A DNA stretch of 59,581 bases, the filler included. It is 8 parts of 8 records of this genome, joined end to end, with 100 filler letters (N's around TTAATTAATTAA, not from the genome) between each part and the next. Parts side by side here need not be neighbours in the genome. Positions count along the whole stretch, not along the records: positions 38,892 to 43,906 come from SRR31147125_105499; positions 44,007 to 50,871 come from SRR31147125_105504; 6 more parts are not named here. One strand, given 5' to 3'. Under the pieces are notes generated by a model. It was given only the letters and a program-made list of their open reading frames with translations. It searched no databases and was not told the DNA's origin. Both the position numbers and the translations under genes were made by a program. Below are positions 42,447-50,971 of this stretch, in pieces. Position 1 is the first letter of the stretch. Every line of letters starts with the position of its first letter.

Positions 42447-42890
42447 ATGAAGTTCTCTGGTGAATATAATGTCAGCATCGATCTCAAGGGGAGGGTCAGT
42501 ATTCCTGCCTCCTTCAGGGATGAGCTGCATCAATCGTATGCCAGTGAGGGCCTTGTTGTCACGCGTCATAAGAATGGCCTGGTTGCCTATCCGCCAGGGC
42601 GCTGGGAAGAGATTTGCGCCAACGTTATTGCCATGAGCCCCGGGCCGATGCGCGAAGCTAACCTGCGCAATCGTATTGCGCCGGCCAAGGAGTGTACTTT
42701 TAACGCCCAGGGGAGAATCCAGATCCCGCAATCGTTACGTGAGCACGCCGGACTTGATAAGGACGTTGTCGTGATCGGCATGTTTGAGAAGATTGAGATC
42801 TGGAGCCAGCATGCCCATGCTCAGATCGCCGCTGAGTCGGAAGCGTTGCTTGATGCTGACGCGCAGGGGCAAGCGGATCTGGGGTTCTAG
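42447..42890 (+). CDS. mraZ: Transcriptional regulator MraZ
   Basis: F.GEY...ID.KGRV.IP..FR, second repeat FNAQGRIQIP..LR, IEIWS; upstream of rsmH. Confidence 0.93.
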   Translation: MKFSGEYNVSIDLKGRVSIPASFRDELHQSYASEGLVVTRHKNGLVAYPPGRWEEICANVIAMSPGPMREANLRNRIAPAKECTFNAQGRIQIPQSLREHAGLDKDVVVIGMFEKIEIWSQHAHAQIAAESEALLDADAQGQADLGF

Positions 42891-43829
42891 GTGTTTGGAG
42901 AGGATTTCAGCCACCAGTCTGTCATGCCGGCTGAAGTGCTTCACTGGTTACAGCCCAAACCGGGTGGGATTTATCTGGACGGAACGCTTGGAGGGGCCGG
43001 GCATTCCCGTTTGATCCTTGAAAATGCAGCAGCAAGCCGATTGATTGGCCTTGATCGTGATCCCGCCGCTCTTCAGGCAGCCGGTTCCGTTCTGGAACCA
43101 TTCGCGAACCGTGTCAGCCTCCATCATGCGACCTTTGATCAGGCGGGCGAGGTTCTCGACCAGCTCGGAATTGACGGGCTTGACGGGATGCTCCTGGACC
43201 TCGGGGTGTCGTCCCATCAGCTGGATACGCCGGAGCGTGGTTTCTCGTTCCGCCATGACGCACCTCTGGACATGCGTATGAACCCTCTGGCGGGGATGAC
43301 CGCGGAAGAAGTCATCAACGGCTATGAGGAGCCAGAGTTGGTCCGGATCTTTTTTGAGTACGGAGAAGAGCGTTTTAGCCGTCGGATCGTCAGGGCGATC
43401 ATCAAGCAGAGAGAATCCGCGCCGATCACACGGACGGATGTACTGGCCCAACTGGTCAAAGATGCTGTCCCGGGAGGGAACCGGCCGTCACGAATTCATC
43501 CGGCCACACGGGTTTTTCAGGCTTTGAGGATCGAAGTCAATGACGAGCTCGGGCAGGTCAGGCAGGGCGTTGAAAGTGGAATCGCTCTTTTGAATCCGGG
43601 AGGACGGCTGGTCGTGATCAGTTTTCATTCTCTGGAAGATCGGATCGTCAAACATCTTTTCCGCGATAAGGCACGCGGGTGTATCTGCCCGAAGCTTCCG
43701 GTTTGCCACTGCGACAAGGTTGCGGAGGTCAAAGTCCTGACCCGTAAAGGTGTGAAGGCTGGAGAAGAAGAAGTTGAAATGAACCCCCGCTCGCGAAGTG
43801 CTGTCCTCAGGGCCGCTGAGCGTTGTTGA
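42891..43829 (+). CDS. rsmH: 16S rRNA m4C1402 methyltransferase
   Basis: DGTLGGAGHS, DLGVSS.QLD...RGFSF, PLDMRM, HPATRVFQALRIEVN, ISFHSLEDR, NPRSRSA. Confidence 0.98.
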   Translation: MFGEDFSHQSVMPAEVLHWLQPKPGGIYLDGTLGGAGHSRLILENAAASRLIGLDRDPAALQAAGSVLEPFANRVSLHHATFDQAGEVLDQLGIDGLDGMLLDLGVSSHQLDTPERGFSFRHDAPLDMRMNPLAGMTAEEVINGYEEPELVRIFFEYGEERFSRRIVRAIIKQRESAPITRTDVLAQLVKDAVPGGNRPSRIHPATRVFQALRIEVNDELGQVRQGVESGIALLNPGGRLVVISFHSLEDRIVKHLFRDKARGCICPKLPVCHCDKVAEVKVLTRKGVKAGEEEVEMNPRSRSAVLRAAERC

Positions 43830-43861
43830 TTTGTTGACGAGTTCATCAGAAAGGAAGCGAA

Positions 43862-43906
43862 ATGTCTGAAGCCGTAACTCGTACAGCGGTAAGAATAAAT
43901 GGTTTT
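43862..43906 (+). CDS. ftsL: Start of probable cell division protein FtsL (3' truncated)
   Basis: AAGGA RBS plus ATG directly after rsmH; identity from dcw synteny only. Confidence 0.5.
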
Positions 43907-44006
43907 NNNNNNNNNNNNNNNNNNNNNNNNNNNNNNNNNNNNNNNNNNNNTTAATTAATTAANNNNNNNNNNNNNNNNNNNNNNNNNNNNNNNNNNNNNN
44001 NNNNNN
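43907..44006. other. Artificial contig linker
   Basis: N44-TTAATTAATTAA-N44. Confidence 0.99.
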
Positions 44007-44213
44007 CCCGAGAAACGAGGCCAGGCCCATGCGCCCGCCTGCGGAAATTGCGGTGAATTTGGACCCGGTGACCACGGATTCCACAGTCTGGTCCGGTCTG
44101 CTCAGGGACGAAAGCATGGCTTCCACCAGATTTTTTTCATTGCCTTTTAAAGGACGGTCCACAGGGGCCACATCGGAAACATGGGAACATGGTTGATCCG
44201 TAATTGATTTCAT
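44007..44213 (-). CDS. N-terminus of a DUF364/DUF4213-like putative metal-chelating protein (3' truncated)
   Basis: V..VV.G.KFTAI.AGGRMGLAS resembles the DUF364 N-terminus; context of a metal ABC cluster. Confidence 0.55.
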
Positions 44214-45007
44214 AAAGCCTCCTTTTTGTCTGAAGATGTTTTCCAGGTTACGGCAGTAAATCCGGCCATGGCAAGGATCATGACGGCATAGCCGACAAAG
44301 AAAATCAGATTGAAATAATTGAGGGTAAAGTTGAGGGTCACACCCGGGATGCCTTTTTCAGGATCAATGGTGAATTGGGTGAGGGTCACCTGGTAAAATC
44401 CGTGGCGCAGGGGAGAGAGCATAAAGGCCTTGTGGACGGCAGCCTGGCTGCCCTCCTTTTCCAGGACCAGGTCCGCCCAATTATGGTTGAGCCGGATATT
44501 TTCCCGGGTCATCATGGCCCGCTGTTCTTTCTGGTTGAGCTTGAGCAGGGAGAGGTCATCGGCAAAGACCACATCCGCCACCCTGAGGGTATATCCTTCA
44601 AACTCCTGAACCTGTCCGGGAAACAGGGTTACACTGCTCTGCTTCTGGCTCAGGCCCAGGGCCAGGCCGTGGCAGGCCAGGACCACCAGAAAAAGGCAGT
44701 GAAGAATAAAAAAGAGCCATTTTCTGGGCGCGCCTGTCTTAAGGGCCGAAGCCAGCTGCCTGACAAAACAGCAGCAGACCCCGTTGATCAGAACCACACC
44801 GGCTGTAAGGCAGAGGATGGAAAACCAGATAACCACCAGAGGGGATGACTGCCAGGCCGGGCCCAGCCATGCCAGAAAGGTTTCGTGGTTCAGGGCGGTA
44901 AAGGCGTCCTTATGCCCAAAACTCAATCCAGTACCCCAGGCCAGGAGGGAGACCAGAACACCCAGGGCATAAAAGGTCAGACGAATGGAACTTAAACGCT
45001 GGATCAT
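44210..45007 (-). CDS. ResB/CcsB-like membrane protein (short)
   Basis: LSSIRLT N-terminus, three TM helices with FILH in TM3, periplasmic beta-rich domain, C-terminal TM helix. Confidence 0.6.
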   Translation of the reverse strand: MIQRLSSIRLTFYALGVLVSLLAWGTGLSFGHKDAFTALNHETFLAWLGPAWQSSPLVVIWFSILCLTAGVVLINGVCCCFVRQLASALKTGAPRKWLFFILHCLFLVVLACHGLALGLSQKQSSVTLFPGQVQEFEGYTLRVADVVFADDLSLLKLNQKEQRAMMTRENIRLNHNWADLVLEKEGSQAAVHKAFMLSPLRHGFYQVTLTQFTIDPEKGIPGVTLNFTLNYFNLIFFVGYAVMILAMAGFTAVTWKTSSDKKEAL

Positions 45008-45019
45008 CGGTTTCCTCCT

Positions 45020-45727
45020 TTAATGATAAAAAACCATGTAAATACCGAAGATCCCCGGCAAGGCGCCTGCCAGGCCGCGTATACCGGGCCGCCTGGCCAT
45101 GGAACCGGGCAGATGGCAGGCCCCCATCACCAGAAGAAAAAGCAGGGAGGCCTTGAAAAATCCCCGGCTCCACTGCCATGAATCCCCCAGCCAGTTCAGG
45201 CACCAAAGGGAGCCTGCCCATTCACTGGACAGATAGATGCAGGCACCGGCCAAAAGTGTGTTCCTGCCGCCGGTCATGAATACCTGCCTGGCCTTTGCAT
45301 CCTGAATTCCGGCCAGGTACTGGGCCGCCCCGTGAACCAGAAACCCCACGGCCAAAAGACGCAAAAAGAAAAACAGGGTTACCCATAGATTTTCATACAT
45401 ATAATAATCCGGGTTCAGATTCATGGGACTGCCCCATTGGAGGGCCAGGATGACCAGAATGAACAAGGCTTCCACCCTGAAATAACCCGCCTTTTTGTCC
45501 AGGCGGCGGCTGAAGCACAGGGCCAGGCCGCCTGTGATCAGGCTGAGAAAGACAGCAGACTCAAAAGGACCGTACAATGGCGGCCGGCCCGCCTCAGCCA
45601 GGATAAAAAGGGCGCCGGCCAGTCCGGCAAGGGTCCTTAGTGCCGTAAAAAGGCCGGTGATTCTGGGGATCATGGTCGTCAATATCTCCAGGATCACCAG
45701 AATTAAAAGAAGATGGTAAATATTCAT
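45020..45727 (-). CDS. CcsA/ResC-like cytochrome c assembly family membrane protein (divergent)
   Basis: GRPPLYGPFES motif, Trp-rich WAGSLWCLNWLGDSWQWS (WWD-like), downstream His (GACH). Confidence 0.7.
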   Translation of the reverse strand: MNIYHLLLILVILEILTTMIPRITGLFTALRTLAGLAGALFILAEAGRPPLYGPFESAVFLSLITGGLALCFSRRLDKKAGYFRVEALFILVILALQWGSPMNLNPDYYMYENLWVTLFFFLRLLAVGFLVHGAAQYLAGIQDAKARQVFMTGGRNTLLAGACIYLSSEWAGSLWCLNWLGDSWQWSRGFFKASLLFLLVMGACHLPGSMARRPGIRGLAGALPGIFGIYMVFYH

Positions 45728-45761
45728 TGGGTATTCCTTTGTTTTTAAAAAAGCTTAGGCC

Positions 45762-46577
45762 TCATCCGGAAGTGGTGAGGTGTTTGGGAAAAAATAACGC
45801 CTTTTCCCCGGTAAGGGCAAGGCCTGAAAATGGTGCATCATAAAGCAGGGAGACCCTTTCTTCTGTCATCACCTCAAAGGTCTTTCCCTGGGCCAGAATC
45901 CGGCCGTTTTTGATCATGATTACCCGGTCGGCAAAAAGAGCGGCCATGTTGGGATCATGCATGGAGGCCAGGATACTGATCCCCCTGTTCCGGCTCAGAT
46001 CCCTGATCCGGGACAATAGATGGTATTGGTTGTTGATATCCAGATGGTTGCAGGGTTCATCCAGAAGCAGAAGATCGGGGGCCTGGACCATGGCCCTTGC
46101 CAGCAGGACCATCTGGCGTTCCCCACCGGAAATCCGGTTGAAATTTTTATCTGCCAGGCTGCCGGCATTGAGCCGGTTTAATGCCCGGGCCGCCATATCA
46201 TAGTCTGACCTGCCCGGCCGCTGGGCAAGACCGAGAAAAGGGGCCCGTCCCATGACCACCACATCCAGGACCCTGAAAGGGAAAATTTCCTGGTGGACCT
46301 GGGGCACCAGGCTTACCTGCCTGGCAATTTGTCTGGGGTCCATCTCCAGAAGGTTTTGGCCCAGAATCCGGATCCGGCCGGCTCTGGGCTCCCAGGTCCG
46401 GTTCAGGCAGTGAATCAGAGAGGTCTTCCCGGATCCGTTTCTGCCCAGAATCACGGTGAGTTCCCCGGCGTCCAGGGTGAATGTGATATCTTCCAGCACG
46501 GTGTGGCCCGGATGGGCGAACACCAGGTCCCGGCATTCCAGCACAGGTCCTCTGGCAGCGGTTTTGCTCAAAGCCAT
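45762..46577 (-). CDS. FecE/BtuD-type ABC transporter ATP-binding protein
   Basis: GRNGSGKT, ISGGERQ, LLLDEP..HLD, SMHDPN. Confidence 0.93.
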   Translation of the reverse strand: MALSKTAARGPVLECRDLVFAHPGHTVLEDITFTLDAGELTVILGRNGSGKTSLIHCLNRTWEPRAGRIRILGQNLLEMDPRQIARQVSLVPQVHQEIFPFRVLDVVVMGRAPFLGLAQRPGRSDYDMAARALNRLNAGSLADKNFNRISGGERQMVLLARAMVQAPDLLLLDEPCNHLDINNQYHLLSRIRDLSRNRGISILASMHDPNMAALFADRVIMIKNGRILAQGKTFEVMTEERVSLLYDAPFSGLALTGEKALFFPKHLTTSG

Positions 46578-47612
46578 CCCGCCCCCTGTTTCTGTACAGG
46601 AGGTATCCGAAAACCGGCGCTCCCACCAGGGCGGTGATGATTCCCACCGGAATTTCCGCGGTAAACAGGGTTCTTGCCATAGTATCCGCCAGAACCAGTG
46701 ATGAGGCCCCTATAAGGGCGCAGACCGGCAGCATCTGCTCATGCCTGGGCCCGGCCAGGGTCCTGGCCAGATGGGGAATGATCAGTCCGATCCAGGCGAT
46801 CTGGCCGCATGCAGAGACCATGGCGGCAACCAATAGGGATGCACCCAGGATGAGCACCCTGCGGTGAATTTTGGGAACCACCCCCAGGGCCCTGGCCTGG
46901 ACATCCCCCAGGGAAAGAATATTGAGCCGGAACCCCATGGTGATAAAAAGGGTCAGGACCCCGGCCAGGACAGGGGCCAGGATCAGGACATCGGCCCACG
47001 TGGTCCGGGTCAGGCTGCCCATGACCCAGAAGATGATGCCGGGCAGGGTATCGTAGGGGTCGCTGAAATACTTGACCACCATGAGCAGGGCATTGAAAAA
47101 AGATAAGACCACCATGCCGGCCAGGACCAGGACAACCACAGGCCTGACCGCAATAAATCCGGCAAGTCCGAGACTTAAGGCCACGGCTGCCAGGCCGAAA
47201 CCAAATGCGAAAATTTGTACCGCGCCTGGAAGGCTTAAACTGAGTATCATTGCCAGGGCGGCCCCGAAAGTACACCCCGCAGATACCCCCAGGATATCGG
47301 GAGAGACCAGGGGATTGCGGAACAAGCCCTGATATACGGCCCCTGAAACCGCCAGGCCGGCCCCCACCATGGCTGCCATGAGGCATCTGGGCAGCCTCAC
47401 CCATACCAGCACGAGTCCGGTGGGCGAAAGATCCTGACCGTCCCCCATGCCTGACAAGGCGCCCAGCCACCGGCCCACTTCAAAAAATCCGCCCAGGTTC
47501 CCCCCATCCTGCCCTGGGTCATGCCCAGGACCAGGGATGCGCCCAATAGGACCCACAGCCCCAGGGTCAGGCGGGTATTGTGGATGGGGCCAATCATGCA
47601 ATCTTCGGCCAT
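46568..47612 (-). CDS. FecCD/BtuC-type ABC permease (frameshifts near 47470-47490 and 46582-46586)
   Basis: RLPR, QGLFRNPLVSPDILGVSAG, G.IAWIGLIIPH.AR, EIPVG; N-terminal TM helix lies in ORF 47397-47633; one extra G at the 3' end gives ...NRGAGWL*. Confidence 0.87.
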
Positions 47613-47613
47613 A

Positions 47614-48644
47614 TCAGAAATCCACCTTGTCATTGAATTGCCCGCCCATGGTGCTCAGGCCTTTGCCCAGGAGTCTGACGTAAAACCGGTCTACCACGGC
47701 ATCCATGTCCAGGTCAGAGAATCTGTGGGGATACGCCTTATGGGCCAGCCAGAGGGTGGCCAGAACCGACAGGGGGAGGGGTAGTCCCAGGGGGCCAGAG
47801 AATCCGGGCACCGGTATATATACCGGTTTGAAATGGCGGATACCCCGGCCATGGGAGGCGCAGCAAGGCCCGTCAATGCCTCCTGGGGAAGATACCTGGA
47901 AAGAATAATCATATCGGGATTCCATAGGACCAGTTGTTCCGGGGATATTTTCTGGTAAAATCCGTTCAGATCTTCGGCCACGTTTCTGACGCCGGCTGCA
48001 GCCATGATCCGATCCTGGAGCATGGCACCGGTGGCCGTGGAAAACAGGCCCGTGGGGGAAGCAAAATATCCGTTCTTTTTCTCTGCCAGGCCGGCCAGGC
48101 CCCGGGTTGTCAGCGCCAGTATCTCATCCATTTCCCTGGCAATGGTTACGCCCCGTTCTTCTTTTCCCGCGGCCCGGCCCAGGAGCCGGACCGCTGTTTT
48201 GATGCTCTCAAAGGATTCAGGGATAATGACAATGGCCGGGATCTTGAGCCGGGCAAGGCGCCCGGCCGTATCCAGCCCGTCCTTCTGGGCATAGAGGACC
48301 ACCAGGTCCGGCTTCAGACCCACAATGGTTTCAAGGTTCAGGCCGGTGGCCCGCTGGCCCACCCCGGCAATCTCCCGGGTCCCCGGGAATACCGCGTTAA
48401 GCAGCGGGCTTTTGCATGAACCGTTATTCATCCCCACCATCTGCCGGGAAAGGCCCAGGCAATAGGCCATAATTGCGGCCGGTTTAAATGTGGCCACGAT
48501 GCGGTTCACCTTTCCTTTGGAAACGACCCTGCGGCCGGCCATGTCTGTGAGGCAGACCTGGGCGTGGGCCGGAAGGCGGGGTATTAAAACAAATAGGGCA
48601 AAGGCGGTCAGGACAACTGCCAGGGGAATACGCCGGGACATCAT
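47614..48644 (-). CDS. Periplasmic metal-chelate (iron/cobalamin-type) binding protein; frameshift at 47772-47776
   Basis: Signal peptide ending AHA, TDMAGR.V, N.ETI..LKPDLV, SPEQL..WNPD; WDYPSP continues as LSVLATLWLA..YP after adding one C. Confidence 0.87.
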
Positions 48645-48814
48645 TCTTCTCCATTATTATCATCAGGCCCCTGGGGGCGGAACGTCGGAATTATATTTAA
48701 ATCTGCGGCACAACACTTAAAATGTTTGGCCGTTCTTGTCAATATCCGAAAGGATCATGAATCAAAGCTGTCGTAAATGTTCAATGGTTACCGATAACAC
48801 CCGATCCTGACCCG

Positions 48815-49507
48815 TTACTTTGACCGGTGGCGGGCGAACTTTCGGCTGGACAGGTGGAAAAGATCATGGGCCAGCTGCCCCAGTGCGGGCGAGCAGTCTG
48901 CTTTTCTAAACTCCCGGTCCGATGCAAAGGCCTGCCAGAAGGGCGGGAGGCCGTCCATCCGGGACACCATGCCCCCTTCCTTGTCCTCCACCACATAGAG
49001 TACGGTTTTGATCCCCGCATTGATGATCCGTGTCAGGCACATGGGACAGGGTTCCACCGAGGAGACCAGAATCAGTCCGCCACAGTCCCTGGGGTTGGCC
49101 CCTGTTTCCGGGGAATGTGTTTTTTTCATCCGGTCTTCGTACCGGTTGAGCAGGTCCATCTCTGCATGGAGATCGCTTCGAAAATAGGTGGTGTACTGAC
49201 GATTCCGGCCGGTTTCCACCACCCTGCCCGTACCGGCCTCCACCAGGCAGGCCCCGATGCCCCCGGAGCCCTGATTAACTGCCTTGAGTGCGGTCTTTAC
49301 CACCAGCAGGCCGTATATATCATCCTTAAACCGGGGATTGATTTCATAGGCGGCCACCCTTTCCCGGATTTCCTGGAGCTTTTCATTCTGGGCCTGGGTC
49401 CTGAAACCGGGCCGGGCCTGGGCATAAGTGGAGATCAGGGCTGAAAAGATTAAAACCAGTATCAACCGGCTCAGAACACCCGGGGTCCGGGATTTGAAAT
49501 TATTCAT
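48815..49507 (-). CDS. Zn-dependent nucleoside/nucleobase deaminase (TadA/CDA fold) with an N-terminal signal peptide
   Basis: HAE and EPCPMC motifs, IGACLV, GRN; hydrophobic leader RLILVLIFSALISTYAQA. Confidence 0.85.
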   Translation of the reverse strand: MNNFKSRTPGVLSRLILVLIFSALISTYAQARPGFRTQAQNEKLQEIRERVAAYEINPRFKDDIYGLLVVKTALKAVNQGSGGIGACLVEAGTGRVVETGRNRQYTTYFRSDLHAEMDLLNRYEDRMKKTHSPETGANPRDCGGLILVSSVEPCPMCLTRIINAGIKTVLYVVEDKEGGMVSRMDGLPPFWQAFASDREFRKADCSPALGQLAHDLFHLSSRKFARHRSK

Positions 49508-50402
49508 GGTATTTTTCCCTTTGGTTATTTGTTGTCCCATCCACCCGCCAATGAACCAGGGCGCTCTGGTTGCCCCGGGGCCAGATCCATTGCCCCGCTT
49601 TTTTTGGGAGGTGGTTCTTAAGGAGATCGTATAAAAAAGCATCATGGCCGGAGGGGCCGGGTATACCCAGGCGGTTTTTGGTTTCAGCCAGGGCCTGGTC
49701 CAGGCTGTCATGGCGCCAGGTCGGCCAGTTTCCCGGATCCTCCATAATCACATGGGGATAGATCCCCATCTCCATGAGACAATTATAACCCACCTGGAAA
49801 TTGGGGCTGTCATAGGGCTGGCCCAGAACATGCCGGGCGGCCCGGGCCATGACACCGTCGGTAAAAGGCAGTCGCAATACCAGGATACATCCTTTTTTTG
49901 CAGTCTGGTTCATATGATGGATAAAGGCTTTAAAATCACTTGCCCCGTACATGGAATGGGAGGCCAGTACCCAGTCATGGGGAGGGATATCCGGATCCGG
50001 CCACCGGGTTTTGCGGATGGTGATATTGGATGCGGATGCCACCTTTTCCCTGAGCAGGGCCAGCATGGCCTTTGAAGGCTCAATGGCGGTTACCCCAGCG
50101 GCATATGGGGCGGCCAGCAGGGCCCATTTGCCCGTGCCGGCGCCGATATCCAGCAGTGTGGATCCGGGATTTTCCTTTAGGGTGGTGATTAAAAATTTCC
50201 TGGAAGTATCCGGTCCGGCCCATCGGCGGTTGACCATTTTGTCAAATTCTTTGGCCCGGCCCTCCCAGAAATCCTTTGGCTTTTTCTGTCCGGGCCCAGG
50301 GTCCTTTTTTGAGTTCCGTGTTGCCTGCTGACGGATAAAGGCCGCGTCCTGAAGGGCGGACAATTCCGCCCATAATTTAAACCAGTCCGTAATTTTTTCC
50401 AT
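49500..50402 (-). CDS. Class I SAM-dependent methyltransferase
   Basis: FW..RA..F, LLDIGAGTG, AIEPS..M, D.VLASHS. Confidence 0.88.
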   Translation of the reverse strand: MEKITDWFKLWAELSALQDAAFIRQQATRNSKKDPGPGQKKPKDFWEGRAKEFDKMVNRRWAGPDTSRKFLITTLKENPGSTLLDIGAGTGKWALLAAPYAAGVTAIEPSKAMLALLREKVASASNITIRKTRWPDPDIPPHDWVLASHSMYGASDFKAFIHHMNQTAKKGCILVLRLPFTDGVMARAARHVLGQPYDSPNFQVGYNCLMEMGIYPHVIMEDPGNWPTWRHDSLDQALAETKNRLGIPGPSGHDAFLYDLLKNHLPKKAGQWIWPRGNQSALVHWRVDGTTNNQREKYHE

Positions 50403-50871
50403 GATCTTCCTTTAATATGGGGACGCAGATTTTTCGCCCGCCCCCCAGGTCCGCCACCCGGATGGGGACGCCGTAGGTGGATTCCAGTGCCTCCCGGGTC
50501 AGGACCCGCTCCGGGGCGCCCAGGGCCGTAAATTCCCCGTTCTTTAAGATACCGGCCTTGTCCGCACCGATAAAGGCGTGGTCCGGAAAATGGGAGGCCA
50601 TGAGAATGGTGATCCCTTCACCGGCCAGGCCGGCCACGGTTTCCAGGATTCTGACCTGGTTGCCCAGATCCAGGTGGGAACAGGGCTCGTCCAATAATAA
50701 CACCCTGGGCGACTGGGTCAGGGCCCGGGCCATGAGAACCAGCTGCCACTCTCCGCCGGACAGGCAGGTACAGGGTCTATGGGCCAGGTGGGATATGCCG
50801 ATCCGCTCCATGGCGGCCTGGGCCGCCGTCTTGTCACCGGCAGACGGGGAGGACAACGCCGATATCTGGGG
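50377..50871 (-). CDS. Second FecE-type ABC ATP-binding protein (5' truncated)
   Basis: LSGGEWQLV..ARAL, LLDEP.SHLD.GNQ, SHFPDHA. Confidence 0.9.
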   Translation of the reverse strand, partial: PQISALSSPSAGDKTAAQAAMERIGISHLAHRPCTCLSGGEWQLVLMARALTQSPRVLLLDEPCSHLDLGNQVRILETVAGLAGEGITILMASHFPDHAFIGADKAGILKNGEFTALGAPERVLTREALESTYGVPIRVADLGGGRKICVPILKEDHGKNYGLV

Positions 50872-50971
50872 NNNNNNNNNNNNNNNNNNNNNNNNNNNNN
50901 NNNNNNNNNNNNNNNTTAATTAATTAANNNNNNNNNNNNNNNNNNNNNNNNNNNNNNNNNNNNNNNNNNNN
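50872..50971. other. Artificial contig linker
   Basis: N44-TTAATTAATTAA-N44. Confidence 0.99.

Noticed and set aside
46198-46567. C-terminal extension of the FecCD permease
   Set aside because: Read-through over the ATPase gene, caused by a missing G near 46584.
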